Assembly: GCF_001194135.2 (NCBI RefSeq)
Contig: NC_068982.1
Coordinates: forward strand, 184,497,045 to 184,561,044
Length of the DNA stretch: 64,000 nt
Origin: Octopus bimaculoides
Taxonomy: Eukaryota
Direction of reading: 5' to 3'
Below, piece after piece: positions 25,731 to 39,420 of the stretch (positions within the stretch are counted from its first letter, which is position 1; each line of letters starts with the position of its first letter). The translations under genes and the position numbers were made by a program. The notes below the pieces were generated by a model. That model was not told where the DNA came from and made no database searches. It saw only the letters and a list, made by a program, of their open reading frames with translations.

Positions 25731-26668
25731 CGGTGGTGGTGGTCCTGGTGTGATGAGATATAATGACAACACCATGAAACCAAACAGGGAGAATGGTGCA
25801 TGGTGACATCGGAACTCTCAAGAATGGTAAGTAAAGAAAAAAAATCGAGCTCTGTAGAATTCGAATTCAGAAACGAACTGAGAATTACCAACCACTAAGC
25901 GTTTTCAGTCAGATGTTGCGCCTATTCTGCTCAAAATATTAAATAAACATATAATAATAGCGGATAAGTCTGGTCTATTATTACAATGATGATCAGGATG
26001 ATGATGTTATGTAGAGCGAAGAAGGAAAGAGGAGATGAAAGTTTATAGGGCGAATTTATGTGCGTGTGTCTATGTATGTACACACACCATACAAATGCAT
26101 ATCTATACGTGTGTGTGTGTGTCAGAGAGAGAGAGAGAGAGAAATAGAAAACTGTTAGTAAGAGGAGGCAGAGGAGTTGAAGGAGTAGTAAGTCTGGTGG
26201 GGTTTCCAGCAGGCAGGCAAGCGCTGTTTCCAATTAAGACAGGAATGACTTTACAACAAAAACAACGGCAGACTATCGAAGTTATAAATTTTACCGCCAG
26301 AAACATCAAAAGCGGTGAGGCTAAGGAATCGTTTGAAGTCTACACACAGAGAAGAGAGTCGAGGGAGTGGGATGTAAGATGGTAGTGGTGGTGGGTGGAT
26401 ACAGCCACAACGGTAACCTAATATCGTGTACGAAATTATATGCATATAACATATATATATATATATATATATATATGGAGAGAGAGAGTGAGAGATACGT
26501 ACACATACACAAGTGTTAAGTAATAACATATAAATATGTACTAACCACTTACATGCATCTATATAACGTAGCCATAAATATGCGTACGCACTCACACACA
26601 CGCTTACCCAGTAATGTTGCTTGAAGCGGTTATGAATGTTATGTTATTTACTATATAGTGTGTATGTA

Positions 26669-26721
<53 letters not shown>

Positions 26722-26864
26722 ATGTATATATGTATATATGTATGTATGTATATACACAAAGCTATCATAAATAACAGTAAATAGCTGATATGAACACAGC
26801 CATGTCAGACTGTCTTTTGTAAATAAAACAACAGTAAGAGAGACAATAGCAACCATTACATTGC

Positions 26865-26900
<36 letters not shown>

Positions 26901-28329
26901 CAAAGGGCTATATCATGTCTAGCATCTTGTTAGAACAGACACACGAGTGATGGAGAGGGGGGGGGAGAGAAAGATGTGGTCATATGATCAAAGATCTAAT
27001 TACTATCGGAGTTTGATCTTTCTTCCTTCTCTTCAACATTAAGGTTATCATAACCCCCACTACCACCACCAACAACAACAACGACCACCCTCACCACCGA
27101 CACCAACAACTACCACAACAACAAAAACAACAGTATCTGTACCACCATCGTCACCAGTACCGCTTAGATGGAACGTGTAAGCGGTCTGTAGACCTGCTTC
27201 GTGATAGCAAGCAGAATTTCTACCCTACCGTCTTTAGTATGAACACAGATAATGTATTCTAAGACTGCCTTCGTCCACCGGTGATAGCTTAGGTGGCGCT
27301 TCAACAGGGAAACGTATTTGCGCAGGGTAGAAAAGAGAATCGCGACTGTTCTCATTACATTATACCTTCCGTGTGCACCCCACCAGCGCGGGAACTACGG
27401 AAGTAGTAACATCTTTCCTTGTTGCAGATATATGTAATGTTGCCCCACAAGCGCCGGATCGAAAAGTTCGCTATTTTGTTTGGGGTGACAAGAAGCTCAC
27501 ATCAGCTGGGTTTGAAGTCACATAAACACGCTCGAGAACTTGCAGAGCATCCTGCAAACTTCCCCGTTCCAAATCGATTGGAGCTAAAAACAAGTAGTAG
27601 TCAGAAACGGCTGGGGACTTAGCAGTTATGGGGTTTCACTCCGAAATTTTTGAGTTGTTTCTTTTAATCTTCTGCTACCCCCGCCCAAGGACACACAATA
27701 CTATGAGAATCTTAGTGACACCAAAGCTGAATAAATGATAAGATGGTAATAGTCTCGGGTTCACCAATGACTTGCAAATGGTAGACAGAATCTGTCCAGG
27801 AGCAATCTCGTATTTGTATGATAAACCTATGGGCATGTATTTTTGTAAACATATTGTTCTTAAACTTCCCTAATTCTTTATTCTTAAGCATCATACCATC
27901 CTCATGCATATTACCCTATTCGGATTCTGGTGAGGACCGACAAGGGCATCCGACCCTAGAAAAGTTTTGCTTCAAATTCCGTCTGTCCCAGGCAAGCAAG
28001 GAAAAATGGACGTTAAACCGCTAATGATGATGACACAATCGGCTTCAATATTCGTCTCTAAGATGTAAGACTTTTACACGCTTTTCGAGCTTTATACAAA
28101 AGCACCATTTTCAAAGTTGTGTACACATTATGTAACTGATGTTTGCATCACGATGTGTACCAATTCGAGTCTTGAGACGCAAATCTATCAGATCACAGTT
28201 ATGTAACTGTCTATGTATGTATGTAAAGACACATATATACGCATACAAATATAAATATTTCATCACCGTTACTACCACCACCACCAACACCAGACTAGAA
28301 GAATGTGGTGTGAAGAATGACATTGTTCC

Positions 28330-29454
28330 CCAGGGAAGGTCACTTCAGTGCAACTTTTAATTTACACAACAAAACGAATTTTCAACACATATTATAAATC
28401 ACATGCCCATATACGCAAATACACAGCGCGTCACCAATGCCTACCTCCAGAACATACAGTAAACAGACAAAAACAGTAGTGAAAATACATGTCCACAATG
28501 CTACGCAACACCCAACTAGGTAAAGAGCTGAATGTCCGACCGTATGTTATGGTCGTCCCCTCTCGGTCTGTGGTTCTCAAACTAATATCAACCCCACGCC
28601 CCACAAATACATATCGATGTAATATTCTGCCTCTCACCCAGCTTAATTATTGATGAAAAAAAAAAAGCAAACAAATAGCGTTTATATAGGGGCAGGCATA
28701 GATGCGTGGTTAAAGAAGTTCGCTTCCCAGCTATGTGGCTTCAGGTTCAGTCTCACCGTGTGGCACCTTGAACAAGTGGTTTCTAAATCTGCCAAAACTT
28801 TGTCGGTGGAATCGGTACACGGAAACTGAAAAAAACCCCGCCGAATGTACGAGTGTGTGTGTAATATATGTACGTGTGTTTGTTTTCTTGTCTTGACATT
28901 GTGTGATTTCGCGAAAACCTGTCTGGTCACGAGGAAATATTACTTTGCTTGGAAATACATGAGGGTAGGCAACAGGAAGGGCATCCAACCGTAGACAATC
29001 TTCTTCAATAAACTCCGTTCGACCTACGCAACCAGGGAAAAAGAGAATGTTAAAATGATGATGATGATGATGATAATTTGACAATTTTAAAAAGCCAACT
29101 CATTTTATTGAATATAGCAATTTATTTGTCCACCCCTTCCATCCTTATAGCTCCACCTTTTACGAGAAACATTGCACTAGACAGTGCTATCTGATATATG
29201 GAGCACTCTGCCCGAAGATTGAGCCTAGTCTAATTACATTGGTATCCAGGGAAGGTCACTTCAGTGCAACTTTTAATTTACACAACAAAACGAATTTTCT
29301 ACACATATTATAAATCACATACACAAATACACAGTGCGTCACCAATGCCTACCTCCAGAACATACAGTAAACAGACAAAACAGCAGTGAAAATATATGTC
29401 CACAATGCTTACACAACACCCATCTAGGTAAACAGCTGATTGTTCGACTATATG
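28330..29454. repeat. ~215-bp direct repeat pair (28330-28546 and 29246-29454)
   Basis: Both begin ccagggaaggtcacttcagtgcaacttttaatttacacaacaaaacgaattttc and remain alignable to the end. Confidence 0.9.
28688..29074 (+). mobile_element. SINE with family-B head and RTE-type tail ending (ATG)n
   Basis: B head to ggaaactgaaa, then ggcaacaggaagggcatccaaccgtag...gttaaaatgatgatg. Confidence 0.75.
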
Positions 29455-29859
29455 AAGTGGGGCAGTAGCCATGTCCCTTATGGGGAGTCCCTGAAACTTG
29501 AGGAAGGAAATTATCTTCAAACAGGAGACCTAACCTCGTTCTTCTAGCCTAGATTATTGCAACAGAGTGGTGGAATCGGTTAAAGGCACTCAAAAGCCAA
29601 TGGTGATTTATCGAGAAATGGTAGGCTTTTATTTGGCGAGGTTCGCAGTGACTCAAAGTTATGATAGAAAAGATTCATACCCTTTCTGATAGCAACTGAG
29701 CTAAAACATAGCTGCTGCTTATTGTGTCGCTATTTCAGAAATTTCTGTTAAGACACAAATAACAGTGCTAAAGTATTTCTAAACAACGTTTGAAGATCTG
29801 TGAGATCCATAAATGGTGTTCAGTTTATTTATTGTAGGGAAATGATGACCTTTATTGTT

Positions 29860-30260
29860 GCAATATTATAAATATGGGTTTTATGTGGAAGCCAACATTG
29901 AAATCTTACTTATACACAACTAAATATACACAAAGACCATGGTTTTCAGATTTCATTTCCAGAGATCAATTTGAAATTTGTTTGTACATGACAGGTAACT
30001 CTAAACTTAATGAGCTTATAAAACCAGACTTAAGATTGATGTGTCAGTTGCGCCATCTGGTAAAATACTACAACTAATATAATTTAGATAGCAATTAACA
30101 CACCCCACAGAGAACTTGTCTTCAGATGAAAGTTTGGTGAGGACAAAGGATGAAGAATAAAAGACAACAACAGATGCAGTATCTCCCACTCAAACAGCAC
30201 CATAAATGGGACATAAAACTATTGAAGCTTCGTGATTCTGACAGAATGGGAGATGGTGCA
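29860..30260 (+). mobile_element. piggyBac transposase fossil
   Basis: MGFMWKPTLKSY...PWFSDFISRDQFE, then LSSDESLV and MQYLPLKQHHKWDIKLLKLRDS (piggyBac DES...QY.P.K..KWGIK..LCDS). Confidence 0.75.
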
Positions 30261-30529
30261 GGTAGCTCGTTCAGAGAGCAGAGGCTACTGTAGAACTAGA
30301 GGAGGAGACAGAAAAGGAAACAGCACACACTACCATAGGACTGTTCATGAAGCAAGCCTAACCCGGGGCCACACCACAATAATACACACGCAATCAAACA
30401 CTGCCTCTACACCCAGACATACATACATTAATTAGTATGCATAAACACTGAATACATACACACACACACCCAACAACCTACCCATTCGTATTTCACACGC
30501 AACAACAGCCTATACATAGCATATGTATA

Positions 30530-30594
<65 letters not shown>

Positions 30595-31202
30595 AAGAAA
30601 GCGTATGTTTGTGTGTGTATACACACGAGAGAGATTATATATATGTGTTTGTGCGTGTGTATGTGTATATGTATATAAATCAATAAACACACACACCAAA
30701 ACAGAGACGCGTACATATTGTAGACACACACACACACACAAACACACATATATTTACAGTTTTTCCTCTTCAAAGTGTTATGTGTATTGATTTCAACAAA
30801 CATAACACTTTGAAGAGAAAACCTTTTGAAACACTGAATGAGACGTTGTTGTGTATCGATAACAGCGCCACCAAGTGGCCTGACCAATAATACTCTTGCC
30901 AAATAATGGTGTCTATTTGTGAGTAGTTGGCTGGATAATGTGTGCTTGTATGTGTGTATATGCGTGTGTGCAAACATTCAAAGTAAAGTCATGTATATAG
31001 ATTACGCTTTAGGTATAAATCAATATGTGCGTTTGTGGTTGTGTATGTATGTATGCGTACGCGATTAATTTTTATACGTAGTTATACGGTCAGTTTTCAT
31101 TGCTTTGGTTACCAGCTCCGTGAGTGTACCTAAACACACATATAATGTAGTAAAATTAAAATATAAACACGGATATCTTGTTAAGGGGGTGGTCAGAAGT
31201 TA

Positions 31203-31650
31203 GGAGATGTAAGTGTACTAAGAACGGTAAAGGCTGAGCAGAAAATACGAGATGTAAGTGTAAAGGATGGTAAAGGTTGAGCAGAGATAACGAGATATAA
31301 GTGTAAAGGATGGTAAAGGTTGAGCAGAGATTACGAGACGTAAGTGTAAAGGATGGTAAAGGTTGAGCAGAGATTACGAGACGTAAGTGTAAAGGATGGT
31401 AAAGGTTGAGCAGAGATTACGAGACGTAAGTGTAAAGGATGGTAAAGGTTGAGCAGAGATTACGAGACGTAAGTGTAAAGGATGGTAAAGGTTGAGCAGA
31501 GATTACGAGATGTAAGTGTACCAAGGTTGTATGGAGTAAGCAGAGATTACGTGATGTATATGTACAAAAGAACTGTATGTAGTCAGCAGAGAATACAAGG
31601 AGTTAGTGTACAAAGGATATGTGGGGCCAGCAGATTACGGGATGTAAATA
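31203..31650. repeat. 43-bp minisatellite (gagacgtaagtgtaaaggatggtaaaggttgagcagagattac), about 10 units
   Basis: gagcag recurs at 31236, 31279, 31322, 31365, 31408, 31451 and 31494; units to the right are degenerate. Confidence 0.95.
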
Positions 31651-34541
31651 TTGTTAGGATGATGTGGGTCGAGTACGTATTTTATTTTTTAGTTTCATTA
31701 CAAAAAAAAAAAAAAAAGTTTTGTAAAAATTTTCTTTGTACTGAATGTTTCTTTCCTGAAACTTTACAAAATAGATTATCAAACTGACTATCATTGTGTT
31801 CCCCAGGTTAATGTGACCAAATAGACCTATGATCCAAAAGGCATTCCAGTCACGACCAATCTGTCTTTTCATCTGTTGGTTTCTCTCAAAATCTGATGAT
31901 CCTGTTGAGTGGCAAATGATTTCTGGAAACTGACTTAAGAAAGACGAAGGCAATTTCTGTAATTGAGAAATCTATTAATTAAAATCTATTACAAAGACTG
32001 ACAAATGAAAAGTTTTTATCCTTTTGCTAAGATGGAAACATGTTTCAGGAATATCAAACCCAAAGATTTGAGACTAAAGTCTATGAAACAAATCATTCTG
32101 GTCATCTTTTATAAATGATGCTATATTTCAACGATATCCTTTCATGGTGGTGAAAGGGTTAGGGTCTTCAGAGCATCAGACACTGCTTTGTGGTATTTAT
32201 TCTGGACCCATGTGTTCTGAATTCAAATCTACCCAACATGTCCACCCGCACTAAGGTCAACTACACCTTTTCTTCTTACGAGATGGAAGTACCTGTCAAG
32301 TGTTGCGAACAGAGCTTAGAGCATTGAATAAGATGCCTTATGACATTTTGTCTGGCTCTTTAAACCTTGCCATGGTCTAAATTAGTTTAACACCATCTGG
32401 TCCTTGGCTGACAATGGAAGAGTTTATTCTATTGCAATCACTTAGGCCAGATCTCTGACTTGACAATATTGTCTTCTTTCTTTCTTGTCAAACTCAGAGG
32501 CCCTGCCCTGAAAAGGATATGGGCATTACTCATCCATTTGAGTAACTGATAAAATATTTTAAAAAGTCACAATGTTCTTTTAACCAATCATTTACAAATC
32601 ATTAATTTACTGTTTTAGAGACTATGACAAACTTCACTGTTAAATGTGAACATTTGTCAAAGTAGACACATCACCACACATCATTTTGCATCTGTTTCTC
32701 ATGCTGGCATTTGTTGGATGGGTCATAACAGTCATTTCTTACTGGAAGCCATTGCTTTCAGAGACCAGTGCTCAAATTTGCCATTTGGTTTGGTTTCTGT
32801 AGTTGGATGCCTTCTCTGTTACCAATCAGTTTACAGAGTGTGCTGGGTGCATTTTCTTGTGGCACCAACACTAGAGAGGTGAAGTAGGTATTTGTGAGAC
32901 AGAACTAAAGGAACCTCATAATCCTATGCTTTCTCTACTCATTCACTAACCACTTTACAGTGTAAGTGGAACATACTTTTCATGACATCAGCACAATGAA
33001 AGAGAGAGAGAGAGAGAGTCTCATTTACCAATCACTCAACTTTTCCAAAAACCATTGGAATGGTTGAATACAGGAGATTGTGTTGAAAGTTCAAGAATTT
33101 AATATTCAAATTGAATCCTAAAGATGTTTAAGCATCATTCAACTGATTGTAAAATTTTGTTCACAGATGCTCGTTTGGTTCCCCATCATCAGTCTCATAA
33201 TATGCAACCTCCTTTTATGCCTTCACCAGTCATTTGTCAACCTCATGTCTTACACCTTCCTCCTTTGTACCTGTCCCTAATGCTGCAGCCTTTGTCGACA
33301 GTCACTAATTTTGACATCAGATTTAAACAGGCCAGGTGAAGCAGTTGTGTAGCAAGAGGATGATATTCAAATTGAACTTGTGTAAAAGATGCTCAAACTT
33401 TTACTCCATCATGGCCTTTAAAACATCAACATGCATCTGTTGAGTCTTCCATTATTACAGGTTAAATGAATCTGTGTTGTGTTCTGCTTACATTCATTGA
33501 CAACATGAAAGGCAAGAATTTTCACTAAGGTAGCCTATACAACAGGGCATAATCTATAAGATGCTGCACACTTCTGATAATGGACACTCAGCTGACGGTC
33601 TATTTAAAACTGATTGTCTACTTAAAAGACTGTCTATAAAAAAAATTCCCAACTCAATAACAAAAACTGATTGTTAACACCAAGTTTAACAAGGGTCAAC
33701 TCTTTATCAAGAACCAACTGTTTGTTAAAACTGACTGTCAATTAAAAACTAGCTGTATATTAATACAAACTATCAAAACTGTTTTTTTTTGTTTTTGTTA
33801 TCAAGAACTGATTATTTATTAACAAAGTCTATCGAGACCCATCAACCTCCACCAAATATCAGGTGTTGACTATCCATTAACATTCACTGTCTACTAACTA
33901 TCAAGAACTAATGATCAGTTTTAGAGGCTGCATCTAGTCGTATGCCTAAATAAAACCAGCTCATCTAACAACCATCCCTTGCTTAAGAAAAAAAGACCAA
34001 CAAGATCTGTTTAAAAGGCATCTTCATGCATTCTGGATTGTATATTGTATGGATAATGTGTATGGACTGTTTAGGAGTACGGGCTGTACATAAGAACATA
34101 CTGTATGTCAGTATGCACTGTGCACAAGTGAGGATTATAAATAAGTATGAACTCTATATAAGTATGGAGTATATATGGAGTATATATTTTATGGATTATG
34201 TTTTGACTGTATATTAATATGAACTATACACTGTATGGATTAAATAGTAGTATGAACCTTATACTGTATGGAGTATATATCATATAAATAATATATAAGT
34301 ATGAACTGTATATATATGTATGGTCTGGATTAAAAATGAGTATAGACTATATATATGAGCTGCATAGAAGTACAGACTGTATAAAAGTGTAGTTATATAT
34401 AAATGTGTGGATTGTATATTGTATAAATTATATAAGTGTGAACTGTAAGTATGTACAATATAAGGTATCTGTATTATGTGGATTAAATTTAGGTATAGGC
34501 TGTATACAAGCATGGACAAGTCTGAACTTTTAAAAATATAT

Positions 34542-35023
34542 CATCATTAAACACCGGTTTTCCATGCTGGTAAGCCGGAGTGCTTCACCAGGCTCCAGTC
34601 ATCTGTTTTGGCTTGGTTCCTATGGCTGGATGCCCTTCCTAATGTCAACCACTCTGCAGAGTGTACTGGGTGTCTTTTACAAGTCACCGGTACTGGCCAT
34701 GTCCACGATTTCACTTAGCATGACATGTCTTCTCAAGCACAGCCAATCACCAGAAGTCTCAGTCACCTGTCATCACCTTTGTGAGACTCAACATCTGAAG
34801 ATGTTTTACCCTCCTGTCCTATGTCTTCAGAAACTACATATAACTTTCACAATATATAATCATCATCATCATCATCGATTAACGTCTGTTTTCCATGCTG
34901 GCATGGGTTGGATGGCTTGACTGAGGTCTGGAGAGCCAGATGGCTGCACCAGGCTCCAATCTGGTCTGGCAGAGTTTCTACAGCTGGATGCTCTTCCTAA
35001 TGCCAACCATTCCAAGAGTGTAA
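34542..35023 (-). mobile_element. two adjacent RTE-tail elements (34542-34805 and 34861-35023)
   Basis: Both carry caccaggctcca...ggatgcccttcctaatg. Confidence 0.8.
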
Positions 35024-35169
35024 TATATGTGTGAATTATATGCAAGAATGTACTGCGTGGAAGGTATAAAGTATGAACTATGTGTATAAGTGAAGACTAT
35101 GTCATAGATGTTCATTGAATATTCATTGTGTAGAATATAGAATATAAAATGGTTAATATTTGCCTTTGG

Positions 35170-35387
35170 TAGCGTGTCAAGCTGGCAGAATTATTGGCAC
35201 ATCAGGCAAAATGCTTGGTGGCATATCATCTGTCCTTCCCTTCTGAGCTCAGATTCGGCTGAGGTTGACTTTGCCATTCATCACCTTTCAGGGTTGATAA
35301 AATAACTACCAGTCGATCACTGGGTTCAATGTAACCAACCTAGCCCCTTCCCTGAACTCGCTAGCCTTGTGCCAAAATTTGACACCG
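35170..35387 (+). mobile_element. SINE family A, diverged
   Basis: gctgaggttgactttgccattcatc core with ccttgtgccaaaatttga tail. Confidence 0.75.
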
Positions 35388-36039
35388 TTATATGCCTTTG
35401 GTAAAGCTTGTTATATATGTGTGGGGTAAAAAACTATATATAATATCTATCCATATCAGGGTTTCATACAGCTATTACAAGTTGATGCAAATAATCCTCA
35501 GTGGATGCTAAATAGTATGTATGTGTGTGTATGTACACACATACACATGTGAAACCCATCTGTTTAAAATCGACCCTGGTTAATTTCAGATTTAACAGCA
35601 ATCTGTCCCTTGAATTCCTGGTCTGTTTAAGTATCCTTGTGCCTCTTACCTCTACGCCAACATCACTGCTAGATAAGTGTATGTTTGTATGTATGAATGT
35701 GTGTGTGTATTGGACACTTCCTAACCATATTTATTTGCATGCCATGTGGACATATACCTACCCTGCCCCACTCTTTCCTGTCTCTTTAACTAATCCTTTC
35801 CTATCTCTTTCTCCCTTGTCATTGATCTTAACCCCCTCACTTCGTGTTCTGTGTCTATCTTTACATCAACAAATCCACTCCTATCCATCAAGCCATTTAC
35901 TTTACTTATCTATCAATCAACCTACCTGACTACCTATCTATTTATCTCTATTTATTTCTATCTATCTATCTACCTTTATGCACACACACACACACTCATG
36001 TCCTATCTCTTCTCAGTTATTTCTCTCTTCCCCTCTCTC

Positions 36040-36085
<46 letters not shown>

Positions 36086-36597
36086 NNNNNNNNNNNNNNN
36101 NNNNNNNNNNNNNNNNNNNATTATATATATACATAATTTGTCTATATATCAAGTTCTAACCTCTAGCTTCCATCTTTCTCTTTACTTCCAACCTTGTCTG
36201 TCTATCTGTCACTACTGGATCTATATCCATAAGAGGCCACCCTCAAATAAGATAGTGGGGTTGTTGGGTGGCTAGCTGGCTAGAAATCTGGGTGGGAGGA
36301 GAAAGAGGGAGAGATAGATAGAGAGAGATAAGGATGTGAAAGAGAGGGAGGGAGAGTCAGTTTCAGAATGTGATACAATGATTAATGAGAGTATCAGGTT
36401 AGAAAGAACAGGGAGATAGAAAGGGGTTATATATACACACACACACACACACAAACTCAACTGTACACAGTCACCTAGACATATAGGGAACATATACAAA
36501 TAAAAATCCTACACTTACACACACAACCATACATACATTCCATGCACACTACAAACACACATATAAACGGAAAACCAAACGTGTGTAATATGTAAAA

Positions 36598-36634
<37 letters not shown>

Positions 36635-37227
36635 ATACAACAAATCTGGTTGAGAAACAGATTAAAAGAGAGAAGAGGGAAAAAAGAAATGGTGAATAAA
36701 AAGGACGATGGTGGAATGGAAATGACAGCTATAGTGATAGTAGGATAGTGGTTGTATTGGTATAACAATGGTAGTAGAGAGAGTATGACCATAGGTGACC
36801 CATGGTGGTATGGCTAAAATGGTAATAATGTACTGATGGCATGGAGGTTGCATAGATGGTATAGTGGTGGTGGTGGTGGAGTCACAAGTGGCTGTTGTTT
36901 AGCCCACTTGGCCTCTAAGTCAAGAAATAACCCTATGATCAAAGTCATGCCAGCCATGACGTTCATGCCTCTTATCGTTTTTCAAGCTGATTGAACCTGT
37001 GATTACACGGGTTCTTCCTTTTATTTTAGGAAGGTAGGAGTGATTTGAGGGGTATTAGGTTGTTATTTCTTGCATGCAGATGAACAAGGCAGTCAAGACT
37101 CTTGCACTGACTTGAACCATAAGTGCAAGTGGCAGTATGTATGTATGTATGTATGTATGCATGCATGTATGCAGGTAGAGAGGTGTGTGAGATTCAGTGG
37201 TAGTGTACTGGTAGTATAGTGATATAG

Positions 37228-37428
37228 TGTGGAGGCGCGTAGCTTAGTGGTTAGAGTGTTGACTCATGATTTCGATTCCTGGCCCGGGCGACGCGTTGTG
37301 TTCTTGAGCCAAAACACTTCATTTCACGTTGGCCCCAGTCCACTCAGCCGGCAAAAAATGAGTAATCCGTCCAGGTAGGGAATTCATACGTCATGGAAAT
37401 CGGTCCTTACGAGTCCGCATGACTCGAG
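37228..37428 (+). mobile_element. SINE family C
   Basis: gtggaggcgcgtagcttagtggtt head; collinear with 23644-23900. Confidence 0.8.
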
Positions 37429-38929
37429 GTTTTTTTAATTTTTTATATAGTCGCAGATGGTCAACGTCATGGTGAAAGGTTATGATGATGACCTACGATA
37501 TTAACCCCCCCCCCGTTGCATTTTGGAGCGTTTTATCTGTGCCACGTATAGTGCTGTGCTCATCTGTAACGTTTGAATTAAGCAGCTTAAGTTTTTTTTA
37601 CCAGGAATTCAACATCTGCTATATTTTGATCCAGGGGTGGGGGGTCGGTACAAATCCTGAAGTTACAATAATATATAATAATGTGTGTGTATGACATAAA
37701 TAATGCTTTTGATTACAAATACTTCATTTCATACATAACTTAACTTGATAATTCTGATCACATACGTATTGCAGGAATGTAAACTATCCCATTATATTTT
37801 ATTACTATATCTTATCAACTCCAAAAGTATGGAAGGCAAAGACAGTAAATGAACTAGGAATGCATAAAAAAAACTTAACTAATCTCTGCAAAATATTTTT
37901 TCCTCTGACGTTCTGCCAATTCTGCTAGATTTCAACTTGTGTACACGTGTATCAGACATGCTAATTAAAGCGAACTGTTTTAAAATTCTTGACCACATAA
38001 ACAAACGCTCTTTTAATTTGGGACAAAGACAAAGATGAAGGTGGTGACTATTGTTTGGTGCAGATTAGCCCTTAGGAGACGAGTGACCAAATGAGATTTG
38101 TAATTACACCATCTTTCATTTCAACTTACAGATAAGATTTCTTTTAAACCTCGGTAAGTTCTGTTTCAGGCAGACACACGATCAAAGGGCATTCCACCCG
38201 TAACCATTCTCTCTTCCTTACTGGATACGGTGCACCAATTCCTTCTTTGATACGGTGAGGTGTGAGTTGGAGTTGTTTCTAACATGTTGAGTAGAAATTC
38301 GCAACGTTAAAAGAGATACTTATATTATTAAACACACGCATATACAACGTACGTTTTTGTGACAAAAAAAGACATTGTGTTTGTTACTTACAATATTGAA
38401 AAAAAAAATACGATCGTTCGCCACTGAATAGTCCTGTTTAGAGTTACGTCAAAATGTCCTCTTACAGAATCACAAAACGGTCCCCGTGTCGCGGTGCGTG
38501 TTAGTTGTCACAACGCTGTTACGAGACGGTCCCTTACAACTTGTCAACATTAACTCCTCTCACCATCCTTGTCACACACGCTTTGGTTACATATGTACAT
38601 AATTCACAGACACAAACGTAACTACAATCACATAAAATGAATCATACGAGCAGACATAAAAATAATAGACGTAAAACACACACACACACCTGAACCCAAC
38701 CATGTCTGATTTGGTTGCCTTTTAGACAAGTTGAAGGCAACTTGGTTATATATATATATATATATAATTCCCATTCAGTAATTATGTTACATTCTCTGTA
38801 GGCGGAGATAATTCTAACATAGAATTTATGTTGTATAGTATTTGATAAACTTGTATTTGTCAGAACATGTCACTAACCACTCGTTTTCCCCTCCTTTTAG
38901 TTCGTTTTTGCTTATATATATATAATATT

Positions 38930-39420
38930 ACTATATAGCCTACCACCTTAACAAGGAGGGACGAAGAAGCTCAAAGGCTAGCGGAAGATGACTTTGAAGA
39001 GAAACAATCTTCAAAGACCTCGCTACTCGCCGTTCACTTTGACCATCTCATCACAGCTGGAGAACGATTTAAAAGAAATGGTGGAGAACTGTCCTCAAAC
39101 ACTGCCAGGAGCAGAGAGAGAAAAGAGCAATACACTCAGCATTCATATTATTCTGTGTCTGTGTTTGAAGTTGTACGTCAAGGACTGGGATATAAAGTTG
39201 TCAAAAGTTCTACAATGAATTGAAGAAAATGGCTATCATAGGATTCGATGGAAAATCATAAGCAAAGTAATAAGAAGTCGGAGTGCATATTCTATACGCT
39301 TATAGAGGCTGGGCTATTGTAGTGTGATAATAAGAGACTGCTCTTGCGTCGTGTAGTAAGTATAGTAACTATAAAAGGCTGGAAGCTGTAGTGTATCAAT
39401 CATATAAGACAGTGAAGTGT
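38930..39420 (+). mobile_element. mariner transposase fossil, highly decayed
   Basis: ENDLKEMVENCPQT (HTH-like) and IVTIKGWKL*CINHIR, similar to IVTGDEKW..Y.N..RK; pieces lie in several frames. Confidence 0.4.

Noticed and set aside
31203-31520. CRISPR-like regular repeats
   Set aside because: Units are contiguous with no spacers, and the context is eukaryotic.
38939-39223. 94-codon stop-free plus frame after a tatag, a possible exon
   Set aside because: No ATG, weak acceptor and no recognisable protein; overlapping frames fit a decayed mariner better.
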